The notes: generated by a model from the letters alone, not told the origin. Shown: positions 1-11,000, numbered from the stretch's first letter. The stretch is DNA of 64,000 bases from a virus (IMGVR_UViG_3300032227_000318:1-64000); one strand, 5' to 3'. A program made the numbers and translations.

Positions 1-1823
1 GCTGTGTTTGAGCCTGCTAAAGTTGTCAATAGATAGGTATTTGCTCCTGTGCCAACTGCTGTGTTGGCTCCAGATATTGTTGCTGAAGTAAAGGCATTAG
101 CGCCGGCACCAATTGCTGTATTGGCACCTGATATCGTTGCGGAAGTAAATGCATTGGCACCAGTGCCGACCGCCGTATTGGCACCCGATATGGTTGCTGC
201 GGAGAATGCGTTGGCTCCTGCACCTACAGCAGTATTAGCTCCGTTAAGGGTGGCCGTCGAAACATCGCCGGTGCCTGCTGTACTACTAACTGTGATATTA
301 GCCCTATTTCCAGCCGAATCATCATCCACATTGATAGTGATGTTTGTACCTGGAAGAAAATTCAATGATCTTCTAGTTGACCTTGAAGTAAATAACGAAG
401 CTAGTGTATTGCCAACTGGAGTATTATTAGCTGCGGAGAATGTAGCTATTGAAAAGTTATTGGCTGCTGTGCCAACGGCTGTATTTGCACCAGAAATTGT
501 AGCAGAGGTAAATGCATTAGCACCAGTACCAACGGCAGTGTTAGCTCCAGATAAAGTTGCTAAGAGATAGGTATTTGCTCCTGTACCTACAGCAGTATTG
601 GCGCCTGCTATAGTAGCAGAGGTAAATGCGTTGGCTCCTGTGCCAACAGCGGTATTAGCACCGGCAATTGTAGCAGAGGTAAATGCATTGGCGCCAGCCG
701 CTGCGGCTGTAGCAAAGGCGTTAGCACCACCGCCTACTGCGGTATTAGCACCTGCTATGGTTGCTGAAGTGAAAGCATTGGCACCAGCACCAACTGCTGT
801 ATTAGCACCAGATAAAGTCGCTAGTAAATAAGTATTAGCTCCTGTGCCAACTGCTGTATTGGCTCCAGCAATTGTAGCAGAGGTGAAAGCATTAGCACCG
901 CCACCGACCGCCGTATTGGCACCGTTTTGAACTGCAATCATAAAAGCATTAGCGCCTGCTGTGGCGGCTGTAGCAAAAGCATTAGCTCCTGTACCAACGG
1001 CAGTGTTAGCACCAGATAAAGTCGCTAAGAGATAGGTGTTAGCTCCTGTACCTACAGCATTATTGGCGCCTGTTATGGTTGCTGAAGCAAAATTATTAGC
1101 GCCTGTACCAACTGCTGTATTAGCGCCAGATAAAGTCGCTAAGAGATAAGTATTAGCTCCTGCGCCTACAGCGGTATTGGCGCCTGCTATAGTTGCTGAT
1201 GTGAAGTTATTAGCGCCTGTACCAACGGCTGTGTTTGCGCCTGCTATGGTTGCCGAAGTAAATGCATTGGCGCCAGTACCTACAGCCGTATTAGCGCCAT
1301 TTTGCACTGCGATCATAAAGGCATTAGCGCCAGCGGCGGCCGCTGTAGCAAAAGCATTAGCACCACCACCTACTGCTGTATTAGCACCAGCAATTGTAGC
1401 TAATAGGTAAGTGTTAGATCCTGCGCCAGTATTAAATGCTAAAACATTAGCTGCGTTAGCTTTATCAAATGCCGCCGATGCAATAGTGTTCGCAATTGTT
1501 ACTGCACCACCAACTTGAAATGCTAAGATGTTAGCTGAGTTGGCTTTATCATAAGCAGTATTAGCAATTAATCTTGCTATATTATCTGTAGCACCACCGC
1601 CGGCGATGATGCCGGTAAGCATAGAACCATCACCGTGATAAAAACCAGTAATGTATATGTCGCCATTTGGTGTAGCATATTGTTTTGAAACGCCATCGAT
1701 CTTAAGATCAAGCAATCGTGAATCAGCATTAGATCCATTATTGGCCACATTCATGCTAATAGCAGTAAATGCTATATTGCTATTAGACCATGTGGCTGAA
1801 AGATTTGATATTGCTACTGGCAT
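1..1823 (-). CDS. Long tail-fibre-like protein with 19-aa GANTAVGTGAN repeats (3' end runs off the window)
   Basis: ATG at 1823 overlaps the upstream stop (TAATG). Reads MPVAISNLSATWSNSNIAF... then the same repeats as 4755..7865. Not in the ORF track because there is no stop in the window. Confidence 0.8.
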   Translation of the reverse strand, partial: MPVAISNLSATWSNSNIAFTAISMNVANNGSNADSRLLDLKIDGVSKQYATPNGDIYITGFYHGDGSMLTGIIAGGGATDNIARLIANTAYDKANSANILAFQVGGAVTIANTIASAAFDKANAANVLAFNTGAGSNTYLLATIAGANTAVGGGANAFATAAAAGANAFMIAVQNGANTAVGTGANAFTSATIAGANTAVGTGANNFTSATIAGANTAVGAGANTYLLATLSGANTAVGTGANNFASATITGANNAVGTGANTYLLATLSGANTAVGTGANAFATAATAGANAFMIAVQNGANTAVGGGANAFTSATIAGANTAVGTGANTYLLATLSGANTAVGAGANAFTSATIAGANTAVGGGANAFATAAAAGANAFTSATIAGANTAVGTGANAFTSATIAGANTAVGTGANTYLLATLSGANTAVGTGANAFTSATISGANTAVGTAANNFSIATFSAANNTPVGNTLASLFTSRSTRRSLNFLPGTNITINVDDDSAGNRANITVSSTAGTGDVSTATLNGANTAVGAGANAFSAATISGANTAVGTGANAFTSATISGANTAIGAGANAFTSATISGANTAVGTGANTYLLTTLAGSNT

Positions 1824-2158
1824 TAACCTACTACTATTAAATATGTTACTTGATAATCTTGATTAAGTTTTCCTGTGAAGTGTGCATCTAAAGCTACTAT
1901 TTCACCGTTATCAATGTATATAGCATTTTCAAGAACATTTTCCCAATATGTTGGGTCAAAGAATAAGTCATAACTTCTAGAAAGTGTAAATTCATTAAAA
2001 GTTAGTGTCTCACCAGATTCATCTCCAACAATAGTAGAACCAACTTCAAAATATCCTTTTATGTCGTAAAGAACAACAAGGCCTGTATCAGGATAAAAGT
2101 TTTTTATTCTTGCTGTAGAATTGCCAGAACGAACAATCTCGTTATAGTTCCATTTCAT
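1823..2158 (-). CDS. Hypothetical virion-associated protein
   Basis: 111-aa ORF coupled to both neighbours in the tail operon. Confidence 0.6.
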   Translation of the reverse strand: MKWNYNEIVRSGNSTARIKNFYPDTGLVVLYDIKGYFEVGSTIVGDESGETLTFNEFTLSRSYDLFFDPTYWENVLENAIYIDNGEIVALDAHFTGKLNQDYQVTYLIVVG

Positions 2159-2478
2159 TTTCCACCGCCGGCGGCGCCGCCGTAAACTATAACATCATAT
2201 GAATGTCCTAATGGATTTGTTGCTCCAGATGGATGTTTAACGACACATCCTTCTTTATCTGGAGCTGCACTATCTCCTACTGCACATATCACCAGCAAGC
2301 CGCCGATTCTAATATTTTTGGCACCGTATATTGCATTGAGAGCGCCTTGATTACAGTGAGTGTCATAATCATTTTCAACAGCCCACAATCGGCCATTAAC
2401 TCTTACGTTGCTTTGACCAACAACAATAGTTTTAGCACCGCAAAATCTGACATCATCATTTCTATGTGCGCCCGGCAT
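2155..2478 (-). CDS. PAAR-like spike tip protein (gp5.4-like)
   Basis: MPGAHRNDD..CGA..SNVRVNG..H pattern with Cys/His metal ligands; size 107 aa. Confidence 0.75.
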   Translation of the reverse strand: MPGAHRNDDVRFCGAKTIVVGQSNVRVNGRLWAVENDYDTHCNQGALNAIYGAKNIRIGGLLVICAVGDSAAPDKEGCVVKHPSGATNPLGHSYDVIVYGGAAGGGK

Positions 2479-2512
2479 TTTTTATAGCAACTCTTTTTAT
2501 TGAATGATTTTA

Positions 2513-2659
2513 TTATGAATATACTATGAGATTTCCATTATTTGCCAATACTACCGGACTGCCAAAACCTACTTCATCGATTCTTACAGTGGTTCTTTGC
2601 TGAGAATTTACAGGCACACTATTGGTTGGAGAAGTGTTTATTAAAACTTTGATTGACAT
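2513..2659 (-). CDS. Small hypothetical protein, 48 aa (MSIKVLINTSPTN...)
   Basis: Fills the gap between co-oriented genes; translated by hand. Confidence 0.5.
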   Translation of the reverse strand: MSIKVLINTSPTNSVPVNSQQRTTVRIDEVGFGSPVVLANNGNLIVYS

Positions 2660-2665
2660 TTAACT

Positions 2666-3004
2666 TTACCTTGTTATTTCAGGAGTTACAGTAATAATAC
2701 CCTCAAGTACTCTAACAGTTGTATTTGATCTGTCAACAGTTTCTAAATCAAATAGATAGCGGCCTGCTTTAATATTAGAAGTATTGGCCGCATCTAAACT
2801 CATAGTAATTTCACCATTAGCTGAATCAGTTATTGTACAAACCAGATTGGCTGTAGCATTAGCCGAGTAATACGATCTACGCATCTGACTACGAACTTGA
2901 TATCCTGATACATTTATATAAGAATTCGTTAAGTCATCAGTTAAGTTAATAACATTCGTAAATGTTGTACCTTGATCCATGTATAGTTCTACATATGCTG
3001 CCAT
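2666..3004 (-). CDS. Conserved T4-like virion structural protein (fibre-associated beta-sandwich)
   Basis: DQGTTF...QMRRSYYS...GRYLFDLE...RVLEGIITVTPEIT pattern, typical of marine/freshwater T4-like tail regions. Confidence 0.7.
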   Translation of the reverse strand: MAAYVELYMDQGTTFTNVINLTDDLTNSYINVSGYQVRSQMRRSYYSANATANLVCTITDSANGEITMSLDAANTSNIKAGRYLFDLETVDRSNTTVRVLEGIITVTPEITR

Positions 3005-3028
3005 TTGATGCTTCTCTTTTAGTTATAT

Positions 3029-4066
3029 TTATGCGTCAACATATCGAATAACAACTAAACCTGAACCTGAGACTGTAAGTGTATCGCCAAATAATCCAAC
3101 ACCGACACCAGCAATATAGTCTATGTCAGTTGTGTTTGGAGGATTTACATTTGAGGTTCTTGTTCCAGTTGTTCCTATTGTATTTACAGGTGTTAATATA
3201 CTAGTGTTAGCTCCGCCAGTATAACTAGAACCGCCGCCACCACCGTGGCCACCGCTGTTGCTTCCGTCACCGCCGTTACCACCACCGCCACCGCCGTAGT
3301 AACCAGCACCGCCGCCGCCGCCGCCAGCGTGATCGCTTTGATAGACAGAACCATCACCGCCTTGACCATATTCTGAACCTAATACAGCACTTGCGCCATT
3401 ATCACCTCTGCCACTTCCGTCTGCACCACCATCACCACCTTTAAGATAACTACCTGACTGACCATTTGATGTATCACCATTACCTCCAGATCCACCTGCA
3501 CTTTGAGTGCCACCGCCACCAGCGTTCAAACCGCCAGTACCGGGGTTCCCGTCTTCTCCTCCTGCGCCAGCTGTTGTGCCACCTCCGGCGCCACCAAGAC
3601 CTCCAGAAGTAGCCCTGCCACCACCGCCGCCTCCGCCGCCGCCAGCGATTAGAAGTGGTGTTGTGCTTCTAAAGATGCCAGCCCATGAACCGCCGCCGCC
3701 ACCTTGTCTGTCATTAGAACCTAGACCACCTGTAGGAACAAAGATGTTCAGCGTTTCGCCGGGAGTAACAGTTATAGCAGCTTTAACAAACCCGCCTGAT
3801 CCACCTCCGCCACCGGCCGAACTTTCAGTGCCGCCGCTTCCTCCACCTGCTCCCCAACATTTAGCAAATATAGTTGTTACACCGTTTGGTATAACCAATG
3901 TTGTGGCACCTGTTGTAGAGAAAACAACTTTATCTGGAGATGTAATTTTCCAAACACCACCTACATTTACCCAAGAAGACGGAACTGATTTCCAAACACC
4001 ACCAACGTTTACATATTCACTTGGAACGGTTTTCCAAACACCACCTACATTAACATACTTTGTCAT
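3029..4066 (-). CDS. Glycine-rich fibre-tip adhesin / receptor-binding protein (gp38-like architecture)
   Basis: Three N-terminal VNVGGVWK repeats, then many GGGG runs ending GSGLVVIRY; lies downstream of fibre and chaperone. Confidence 0.65.
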   Translation of the reverse strand: MTKYVNVGGVWKTVPSEYVNVGGVWKSVPSSWVNVGGVWKITSPDKVVFSTTGATTLVIPNGVTTIFAKCWGAGGGSGGTESSAGGGGGSGGFVKAAITVTPGETLNIFVPTGGLGSNDRQGGGGGSWAGIFRSTTPLLIAGGGGGGGGGRATSGGLGGAGGGTTAGAGGEDGNPGTGGLNAGGGGTQSAGGSGGNGDTSNGQSGSYLKGGDGGADGSGRGDNGASAVLGSEYGQGGDGSVYQSDHAGGGGGGAGYYGGGGGGNGGDGSNSGGHGGGGGSSYTGGANTSILTPVNTIGTTGTRTSNVNPPNTTDIDYIAGVGVGLFGDTLTVSGSGLVVIRYVDA

Positions 4067-4067
4067 T

Positions 4068-4739
4068 TTAGTTGTTTCTACTTGGCCAATAAGAGTTTTG
4101 AGTGAAGTCTTGAGGAAGAGGATTCATGTCTTTCATTGTCCAACTTGCTTGATATAAAGCAGAAACATATCCAACAGCTTTTTGCCACACGTAAGACATT
4201 TGTGAGGGTGTTAAATTATAAATGATATTATCATTATCTCTAAAAGGAATAATAGCACTTTGATTCGTGAGAATATACATGTTTGATAATTGACCAAGAT
4301 TTGTCAAGTTTCGCATATCTTCGTTTGTGCCTTTAATAGAAATATTTCCAACATTAGCTACACTCACAATACAACCTGAAGCAATTCTACGCTCACGCTC
4401 TTCATTGATTTCATTCTTAAGGACAATTTTGGCTTCATCTTTTTCTGAATCTGACAGAGTAACAACTGAGTATGTCTGAACAACTACATTGTTTGCTTCA
4501 ACTCTTAGCTGACTAAAAGGTGTTTGAATAACTTTTTGTTCATACTTGTTATATGCTGGTGACCCATTGTCAATATATCCTCTATAACCATCAGTAACCA
4601 ACCATTCATCGGTCGGTCTTTCTCCTGTAGATGTTCTGAAAGTTGATGGTGCGCCACTTATGCGAGAAACTGTATTTCCTTCCATAAGAACGAATTTTGT
4701 CCATACTCTTGAACCAACGTTAGGATCTATCGTAGTCAT
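4068..4739 (-). CDS. Tail fibre assembly/accessory protein (DUF4376-like C-terminus)
   Basis: INEERERRI...FRDNDN..YNLT..QM...YWP pattern; immediately follows the fibre gene. Confidence 0.6.
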   Translation of the reverse strand: MTTIDPNVGSRVWTKFVLMEGNTVSRISGAPSTFRTSTGERPTDEWLVTDGYRGYIDNGSPAYNKYEQKVIQTPFSQLRVEANNVVVQTYSVVTLSDSEKDEAKIVLKNEINEERERRIASGCIVSVANVGNISIKGTNEDMRNLTNLGQLSNMYILTNQSAIIPFRDNDNIIYNLTPSQMSYVWQKAVGYVSALYQASWTMKDMNPLPQDFTQNSYWPSRNN

Positions 4740-4754
4740 ATTATTTTCCTTAAA

Positions 4755-7700
4755 TTATGCTGTATATTGTAGCCAAATATCACCGGCTGCGCCTCCAGTT
4801 GGCGATCCTGATGTCGTGATCATTATAGAACGGTATGCATTGTTTGCTACGGTACCGCCATATGTGCCAGCTACGGCAAGCGAACTCAATCCGCTGATGG
4901 AACCACCGGTGATTGATACTGAACTTGAAGATTGAGTTCCTAATGTGCCAATTGTATTTGCTTTAGCGAATGCAGCAGTACCTACAGTGTTCGCACCAGT
5001 ACCTACAGCCGTGTTAGCTCCTGCTATTGTAGCAGAAGCAAAGTTATTGGCTGCTGTACCAACGGCTGTGTTTGCACCTGATAGAGTTGCTAAGAGATAC
5101 GTATTAGCTCCTGTACCAACGGCTGTGTTTGCACCTGATAGAGTTGCTAAGAGATACGTATTAGCTCCTGTACCAACGGCTGTATTGGATCCATTTTGTA
5201 CGGTAATCATAAAAGCATTAGCACCAGCGGCGGCTGCTGTAGCAAAAGCATTAGCTCCTGTACCTACTGCTGTATTGGCTCCAGATAAGGTTGCTAAGAG
5301 ATACGTATTAGCTCCTGTACCAACGGCTGTATTGGCACCTGCTAGAGTTGTTAGTAGATAGGTGTTTGCTCCTGTACCTACAGCGGTATTTGCACCGGCA
5401 ATTGTGGTTAACAAGTAAGTATTTGAACCATTCTGTACCGCAATCATAAAAGCATTGGCGCCTGCTGTGGCGGCTGTAGCAAAAGCATTAGCACCAGTAC
5501 CAACCGCTGTATTAGCCCCAGCAATTGTAGCCAACAGGTAAGTATTAGCACCAGTACCTACGGCGGTATTTGCGCCAGCTATGGTTGCTAATAGATAGGT
5601 GTTGGCTCCAGTACCTATAGCCGTGTTAGCGCCATTCTGTACAGCAATCATAAAAGCGTTAGCGCCTGCTGTAGCTGCGGTAGAGTATGCGTTCGCGCCT
5701 GTGCCTACGTCCGTGTTAGCGCCTGCTACTGTAGCAGAAGTAAATGCGTTAGCACCTATACCTGTATTGAAAGCAAGAACGTTAGCTGCGTTAGCCTTAT
5801 CAAATGCAAAGTCATTTACCCATAGAGGAGGAGAACTGCTTCCATTTGATTGAAGCATTTGGCCTGCGGTACCAAAGTTAGCACCTCCAATACCTACAGC
5901 ACCAAATCTGTTGATACGAAGCTTTTCTGTCGATTCTCTAGAACCGATAGCAGTACCAAACATAAGTGTGGCGCCAGCGTTAGCTTGTTCATTTACAGCG
6001 TATACAAATGCTCTTGATCTTTCATCATCAGTCAAATCAGAATCATTAGAAGCAAATTCGATCATACCAATTGGTTGACCAGGATTTACAGTTGTATCTG
6101 TACCTGTAATTCTGAAAGTATTATTATGCATATTGAATGCATAGATCGTTGTTGAAGTCACAGTTGCTTGTGATGCTGTTAGGTTATATGTGCCTAGACC
6201 ACCAGTACCACCAAAGTATTCTTTAACGTAAGTGCCGCCAAGTACATTTAATCCTTCGTCAGTTACATAGTGACCAACGTTGATCTGACCAGAAACAACA
6301 GAACTGATTGTTAGAACATTTCCTGAGATAGAACCAGTACCTACGAATACTTCACTTGAACCGCCTGAAATTTCTAGTAGTTTAGCTGGTGTTGTAGTAC
6401 CAATACCAACAAAACCGTTGGCATCAATGACCAATCTAGATGCAGCAGCCGTGCTGAAACCAACTGTATTTGCACCAACGCGATACATGCCTGTGAAATT
6501 ATCAGTTGTCCATGAATATGCAGGTCTCAGTGCAGTGCCAGTGCTTACAGAATAGAATCCAGAAGTAGTATTAACATAAGCATTTGCAAGTAGAGAGCCG
6601 TTTAATGTTACTGTGGTATTTGGTAATGCAGCATTAGCTACAATAGAAGCTGCTAGTGTAGCAATATTTACAGTATTAGCAAATCCAAATGCGCTCTGTG
6701 CTACAGACAAAGCTAATGCTGGTGTATTATTACTTACAGCAAGTGAAGCTAGGTCAAGAGCTGTCTTAGCTAAAACATTAGCATAGTTTGCTGTTACGTT
6801 GGCTGTAAATGCTAAAAAGTTAGCTGCATTAGCTTTATCAAAAGTAATACCATTGTTAAGATTAGCTGTAGTTACTGCACCACCAACTTGAAATGCTAAG
6901 ATATTGGCGGAGTTAGCTTTATCATAACCACCGGCGGCTACAGTGGCGGTTTGACTAGCAGTGAAAGCAAGAACGTTAGCAGCATTAGCCTTATCAAATG
7001 CAGTACCTGCTGCTGTCGCGGCAAAAGAATTTGCGCCTGCACCAATTGCTGTATTTGAACCATTTTGTACGGTAATCATAAAAGCGTTAGCGCCTGCACC
7101 GACTGCTGTATTAGCTCCTGCTATGGTGGCTATGGCAAAATTGTTGGCCGCAGTACCAACAGCCGTGTTTGCGCCCGCTATAGTTGCTGAAGTGAAAGCA
7201 TTAGCGCCTGCACCGACTGCTGTGTTTGCGCCAGTTAAAGTTGCTAGAAGATATGTGTTTGCACCTGTACCTACTGCTGTATTGGCTCCAGATAAGGTTG
7301 TTAATAGGTAAGTATTAGCTCCTGTGCCAACCGCTGTATTAGCTCCTGATATGGTTGCTGAAGTGAAAGCATTAGCGCCTCCGCCAACTGCTGTGTTTGC
7401 ACCAGCAATTGTTGCTGAAGTGAAAGCATTGGCTCCAGTACCAACGGCTGTGTTGGCGCCATTCTGTACTACGATCATAAAGGCATTGGCACCAGCTGCG
7501 GCGGCCGTAGCATAAGCATTAGCACCGATACCGGTATTGAAAGCAAGTAAGTTAGCAGTATTTGCTCTATCAAATGCGGCGGCTGCATTAGAAGAAACAG
7601 TTGTGACTGTGTTTGAAAGTAGATTTACTGAAAGGGCTGAAGCTAAATTAAATGATGCTGTATCAGAAGTTACTGTAGAAACATTTAACTGGAAATAGAT

Positions 7701-7865
7701 ATTTCCTTTTCTGATAGGAGAAGTAGTTATTCTTAATCCTGCATTGTTTGAAATAAACGTAGCAAGAGTGTTTGCATTGATATCATTTACCTCAGTAACC
7801 AATTGATTGGTTCTGATTCTCCATTCATCAAATGTATTTGTAAGTGCTATATTAGCTAATGACAT
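4755..7865 (-). CDS. Long tail fibre protein, 1036 aa
   Basis: N-terminal TNTFDEWRIRTN fibre-attachment motif, two repeat blocks, GFVGIGTTTP fibre motif, C-terminal GDIWLQY. Confidence 0.8.
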   Translation of the reverse strand: MSLANIALTNTFDEWRIRTNQLVTEVNDINANTLATFISNNAGLRITTSPIRKGNIYFQLNVSTVTSDTASFNLASALSVNLLSNTVTTVSSNAAAAFDRANTANLLAFNTGIGANAYATAAAAGANAFMIVVQNGANTAVGTGANAFTSATIAGANTAVGGGANAFTSATISGANTAVGTGANTYLLTTLSGANTAVGTGANTYLLATLTGANTAVGAGANAFTSATIAGANTAVGTAANNFAIATIAGANTAVGAGANAFMITVQNGSNTAIGAGANSFAATAAGTAFDKANAANVLAFTASQTATVAAGGYDKANSANILAFQVGGAVTTANLNNGITFDKANAANFLAFTANVTANYANVLAKTALDLASLAVSNNTPALALSVAQSAFGFANTVNIATLAASIVANAALPNTTVTLNGSLLANAYVNTTSGFYSVSTGTALRPAYSWTTDNFTGMYRVGANTVGFSTAAASRLVIDANGFVGIGTTTPAKLLEISGGSSEVFVGTGSISGNVLTISSVVSGQINVGHYVTDEGLNVLGGTYVKEYFGGTGGLGTYNLTASQATVTSTTIYAFNMHNNTFRITGTDTTVNPGQPIGMIEFASNDSDLTDDERSRAFVYAVNEQANAGATLMFGTAIGSRESTEKLRINRFGAVGIGGANFGTAGQMLQSNGSSSPPLWVNDFAFDKANAANVLAFNTGIGANAFTSATVAGANTDVGTGANAYSTAATAGANAFMIAVQNGANTAIGTGANTYLLATIAGANTAVGTGANTYLLATIAGANTAVGTGANAFATAATAGANAFMIAVQNGSNTYLLTTIAGANTAVGTGANTYLLTTLAGANTAVGTGANTYLLATLSGANTAVGTGANAFATAAAAGANAFMITVQNGSNTAVGTGANTYLLATLSGANTAVGTGANTYLLATLSGANTAVGTAANNFASATIAGANTAVGTGANTVGTAAFAKANTIGTLGTQSSSSVSITGGSISGLSSLAVAGTYGGTVANNAYRSIMITTSGSPTGGAAGDIWLQYTA
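4945..5800 (-). repeat. Tandem 57-nt (19-aa) coding repeats GANTAVGTGANTYLLATLS; further blocks at about 6960-7560, 450-1440 and 1-230
   Basis: Directly visible in DNA and protein. Confidence 0.9.
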
Positions 7866-8070
7866 TTTGGTTTATCAACCCTTTTAATAAATTCTTAATT
7901 TCTTCCATATCAGACTTAAGGTTATTTATGTCTTCCTGCTGCTTCTTTTGTGCGGTAAGTTGCGCTGATCGAACCTTGTATTCTTCTTTTTTTGTAGTGT
8001 CGGTTTCAATCAGCGCCCTACTATGCACATCTCTTAACAGCGTAGTATCAGGAATATTAACATATGTCAT
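7852..8070 (-). CDS. Small conserved coiled-coil protein
   Basis: LLRDVHSRALI...INNLKSDMEEIKNLL; usual position after the DUF4815 protein. Confidence 0.65.
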   Translation of the reverse strand: MTYVNIPDTTLLRDVHSRALIETDTTKKEEYKVRSAQLTAQKKQQEDINNLKSDMEEIKNLLKGLINQNVIS

Positions 8071-8071
8071 T

Positions 8072-11000
8072 TTACTGGCTCAAAGCTGGAAGTGCAATTG
8101 CTCTCATGTCATGCAGAACAGGATATGTTGTAGTATCACTTGTTGTCATGACAATCTTAAGAGCAAACTGCTTAAATGTGTTAAATGTACCAGAAGCAGT
8201 TGAATATGAAATAGCATTAGGATAATCTTTAGGTCTAAATTCATATTCGATAATTTGGTTGTATACTTTCTTTGATGAGTACAATGATTGAAGTGTTTCT
8301 TGGTTCATCAAGACCCAACTCTTATCAGAGAAACTATCACTATCGTTTACATTCTTTACCTTGTAGTACACATAGATGTTTGTACCTGGTGGTCTATAAG
8401 CTGTAACAAATACACGAAGATCACCAGCATCAAATGTATCAGCGAGAGTAACTGTTCTGCTGATATACTTAGCTAACACTGGCCCGCCACTTGATGAGTT
8501 TTCACCCACAATGATTGCGCTTGCATTTGTTGTTGTTGCGTTACTTGAGTTGAATACAATTGACGCTGTATTGATATAGCCTGAGCCAAGACTATCAAGT
8601 GTTATAGAAACGATAGATCCTGTAGTATTAGTTGTTGCAAATGCGTTTGCTCCAGAACCTTCTGTTGAAGTTATAGAAACAGAGATATTCGCATTTGAAG
8701 CATATCCAAAACCTGCTGCTGTGATTAGAATATCATCATTGGCTAAAGTAGCATCATCAATATAGTTTTCAACTGCAACAACACCCGCTTTGTCTGTATA
8801 AAGAATAGGTGAAACGTCTTGATTTGTTGTGGTCATTACAGCTTTGAGGCGATATGAACCATCACTTACTGCATCAAATGTTACGCGATCATCAGGCACC
8901 TTATTTGTATCAGGAATATAACTGTAGTAGTTTGATCCTGAATCATAAGAGTGTGTGTATGAAATAGCTGTTGCCGGTAATGTTGTATCTTCAACGTGAG
9001 TATACATCATGTCAACATTAACAGTATTTTTTGGCTTTACATTATACATAGTTACATCGCCGCTGGTAACAAACTTGGCCTTATACAGCTTGAATGTTAG
9101 ATCGTCTAGCTGAATTGGATCCCATGTAGATGCATTCTGCGACTTGAAGAATGAACCAAGATACGGTTGCGATGACACAATTCTATTTGTTCCAATAATC
9201 TTCTCACCTACTTCTGATACGAATACTTCGTACACCAAGCTAGAACTTGTGATTACGATAGCATATTCACCCGGTTCTAGATAAACTGGCGAATTGAAAG
9301 TAAATTTAGTAGGCACACTTGCATTCTCAGACACGCGAACTTTATCCGCTTTGATTGTCTTTTTTGAGAATGGAACCATTTGTATAGAATGTGGGATACC
9401 GTTCACTGTAGGTCTAATTTCTACATTGACAGGCAGAACAGGATCTTTTGTTCTGAAGTAAATATCAATTGCAGTGAGGAATACGCCATTTGGATAAGCA
9501 CCTTCTTCAACAAAGAATGTCTGTGCAATAGGATCAGTTGAATTATCTTTATTGTGAGTTAAGAAGTCTTCAACCCAATAAGTATGGTCTGAACTATCAT
9601 CAAGTGTTAAAGCATAAACTAATTGATTTACAGAACCTGATTCTGTTACAATCTTATCAACAGGAATAAAACCGCTCTTATGAAGAACGGATTCTTCTGT
9701 TGTCATTGGATCCCAATTGATGTTTTCTACATTATCACGAACTAGGTGATTATGATATTCACCAATTTTGTATGCTGACCAACCCTTATTTGTTAAGAAT
9801 GGGTGATCTTCTGTAGCAAATGGTTCATGACCTGCAAATCCATACAGTTCTCTATCGCCTAGATGCGTGATGATTAAATCTGTAACTTTGCTTATGCCGT
9901 TTTTACTTAGAACTTCATCACCGGCCTGAATTTCGCAAATAGGCTTCTTGCTGCCGTCGGCCATGCTAACCATAGCATAAGGTTTGAAACAGCAGCTATT
10001 TGGTCTCTCTGGTCGAGGCGGCGGCCTCTTCGGCGGCGGCAAAGGAGGTGGAGTTGGCGGAGGAGGCGGCGGTGGCGGAGGAGGAGGTGGCGGCGGCACC
10101 GGCGGTCTTGGCACTGGAGAAGGAATAACCGTAACATCTGTGTCATTAATTGTAACACGATTCTTAGTCTGCTTCAGTCCTGATGCAAAGAAATCTATTT
10201 CTGCACGGGTTGTACAGTCTGTAACATCATTCTGCGGAGTATCAATAATACGGAAAATACGTTCACCAGTTCTAAAGAAGTTTGGTGGTATAAAGAACGT
10301 GCCGTCAATAGTACCTTCGCGGTCTGTATACAGACCTGGCGCAACAGCACTGTCATTTTCAATTTTCCAAGCAATATCGTTGCCAATCGTATTTCCTGAG
10401 TTTGCACTAGGAAATGCAGATGTATACCCAAATTCAGTAATAAGGTTGCCGATAGTATTAGCTAATGTCAGTCTTCTTGATACGTTGTCCCAACCTGTGA
10501 CATATCCTCTGATCGCTCTACCGCCTTTTTTATTTTTAGGAACTAAAACGATAGTATTGGAACCACCAGTGCCCCAATAGTTATTGGCCATTGTACTAGC
10601 AAAACGAGGAAGAGTAACAAACGTTGCGTTTGAGTTATCAAAGAACTTATCAAGATTATAGTCACCGATAGCTACAACGGAATTAACGGTGCCAACATTT
10701 CCTGTAACAGAACCTTGAATTGTTGATGAAATAGAAATAGTACCAGATACGTTTGAAACGCTGATAATTCTCTTACGTGGCACATCTCTGCCCTTATCTT
10801 GTAAGGCAGGATTTGGATTTTCTAAATCAAAACGTCTCTTGTTTGAGTGAATGAAACTTTTATTTTGTGTATTTGAACTGACAATAATTTGATCCGCATC
10901 CGAGAATCCATCATTGAACGATGAAACGTTATCGTTTTCATTCAAACGGATTTCATTTGAAGGAATAATATAATCTGTAACATCAACATCATCAAAGAAG

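Noticed and set aside
4945-5800. Fibre repeats as a CRISPR array or DGR template/variable pair
   Set aside because: Repeats are in-frame coding units with third-position variation; no unique spacers, no adenine-specific differences noticed, and no reverse transcriptase in the window.
26-7515. Many + strand Ala/Pro/Val-rich ORFs and the Pro-rich ORF 3507..4157
   Set aside because: Antisense shadows of the fibre repeats and Gly-rich adhesin; no RBS or independent motifs.
9984-10580. + strand poly-Gly ORF
   Set aside because: Reverse complement of the polyproline tract.
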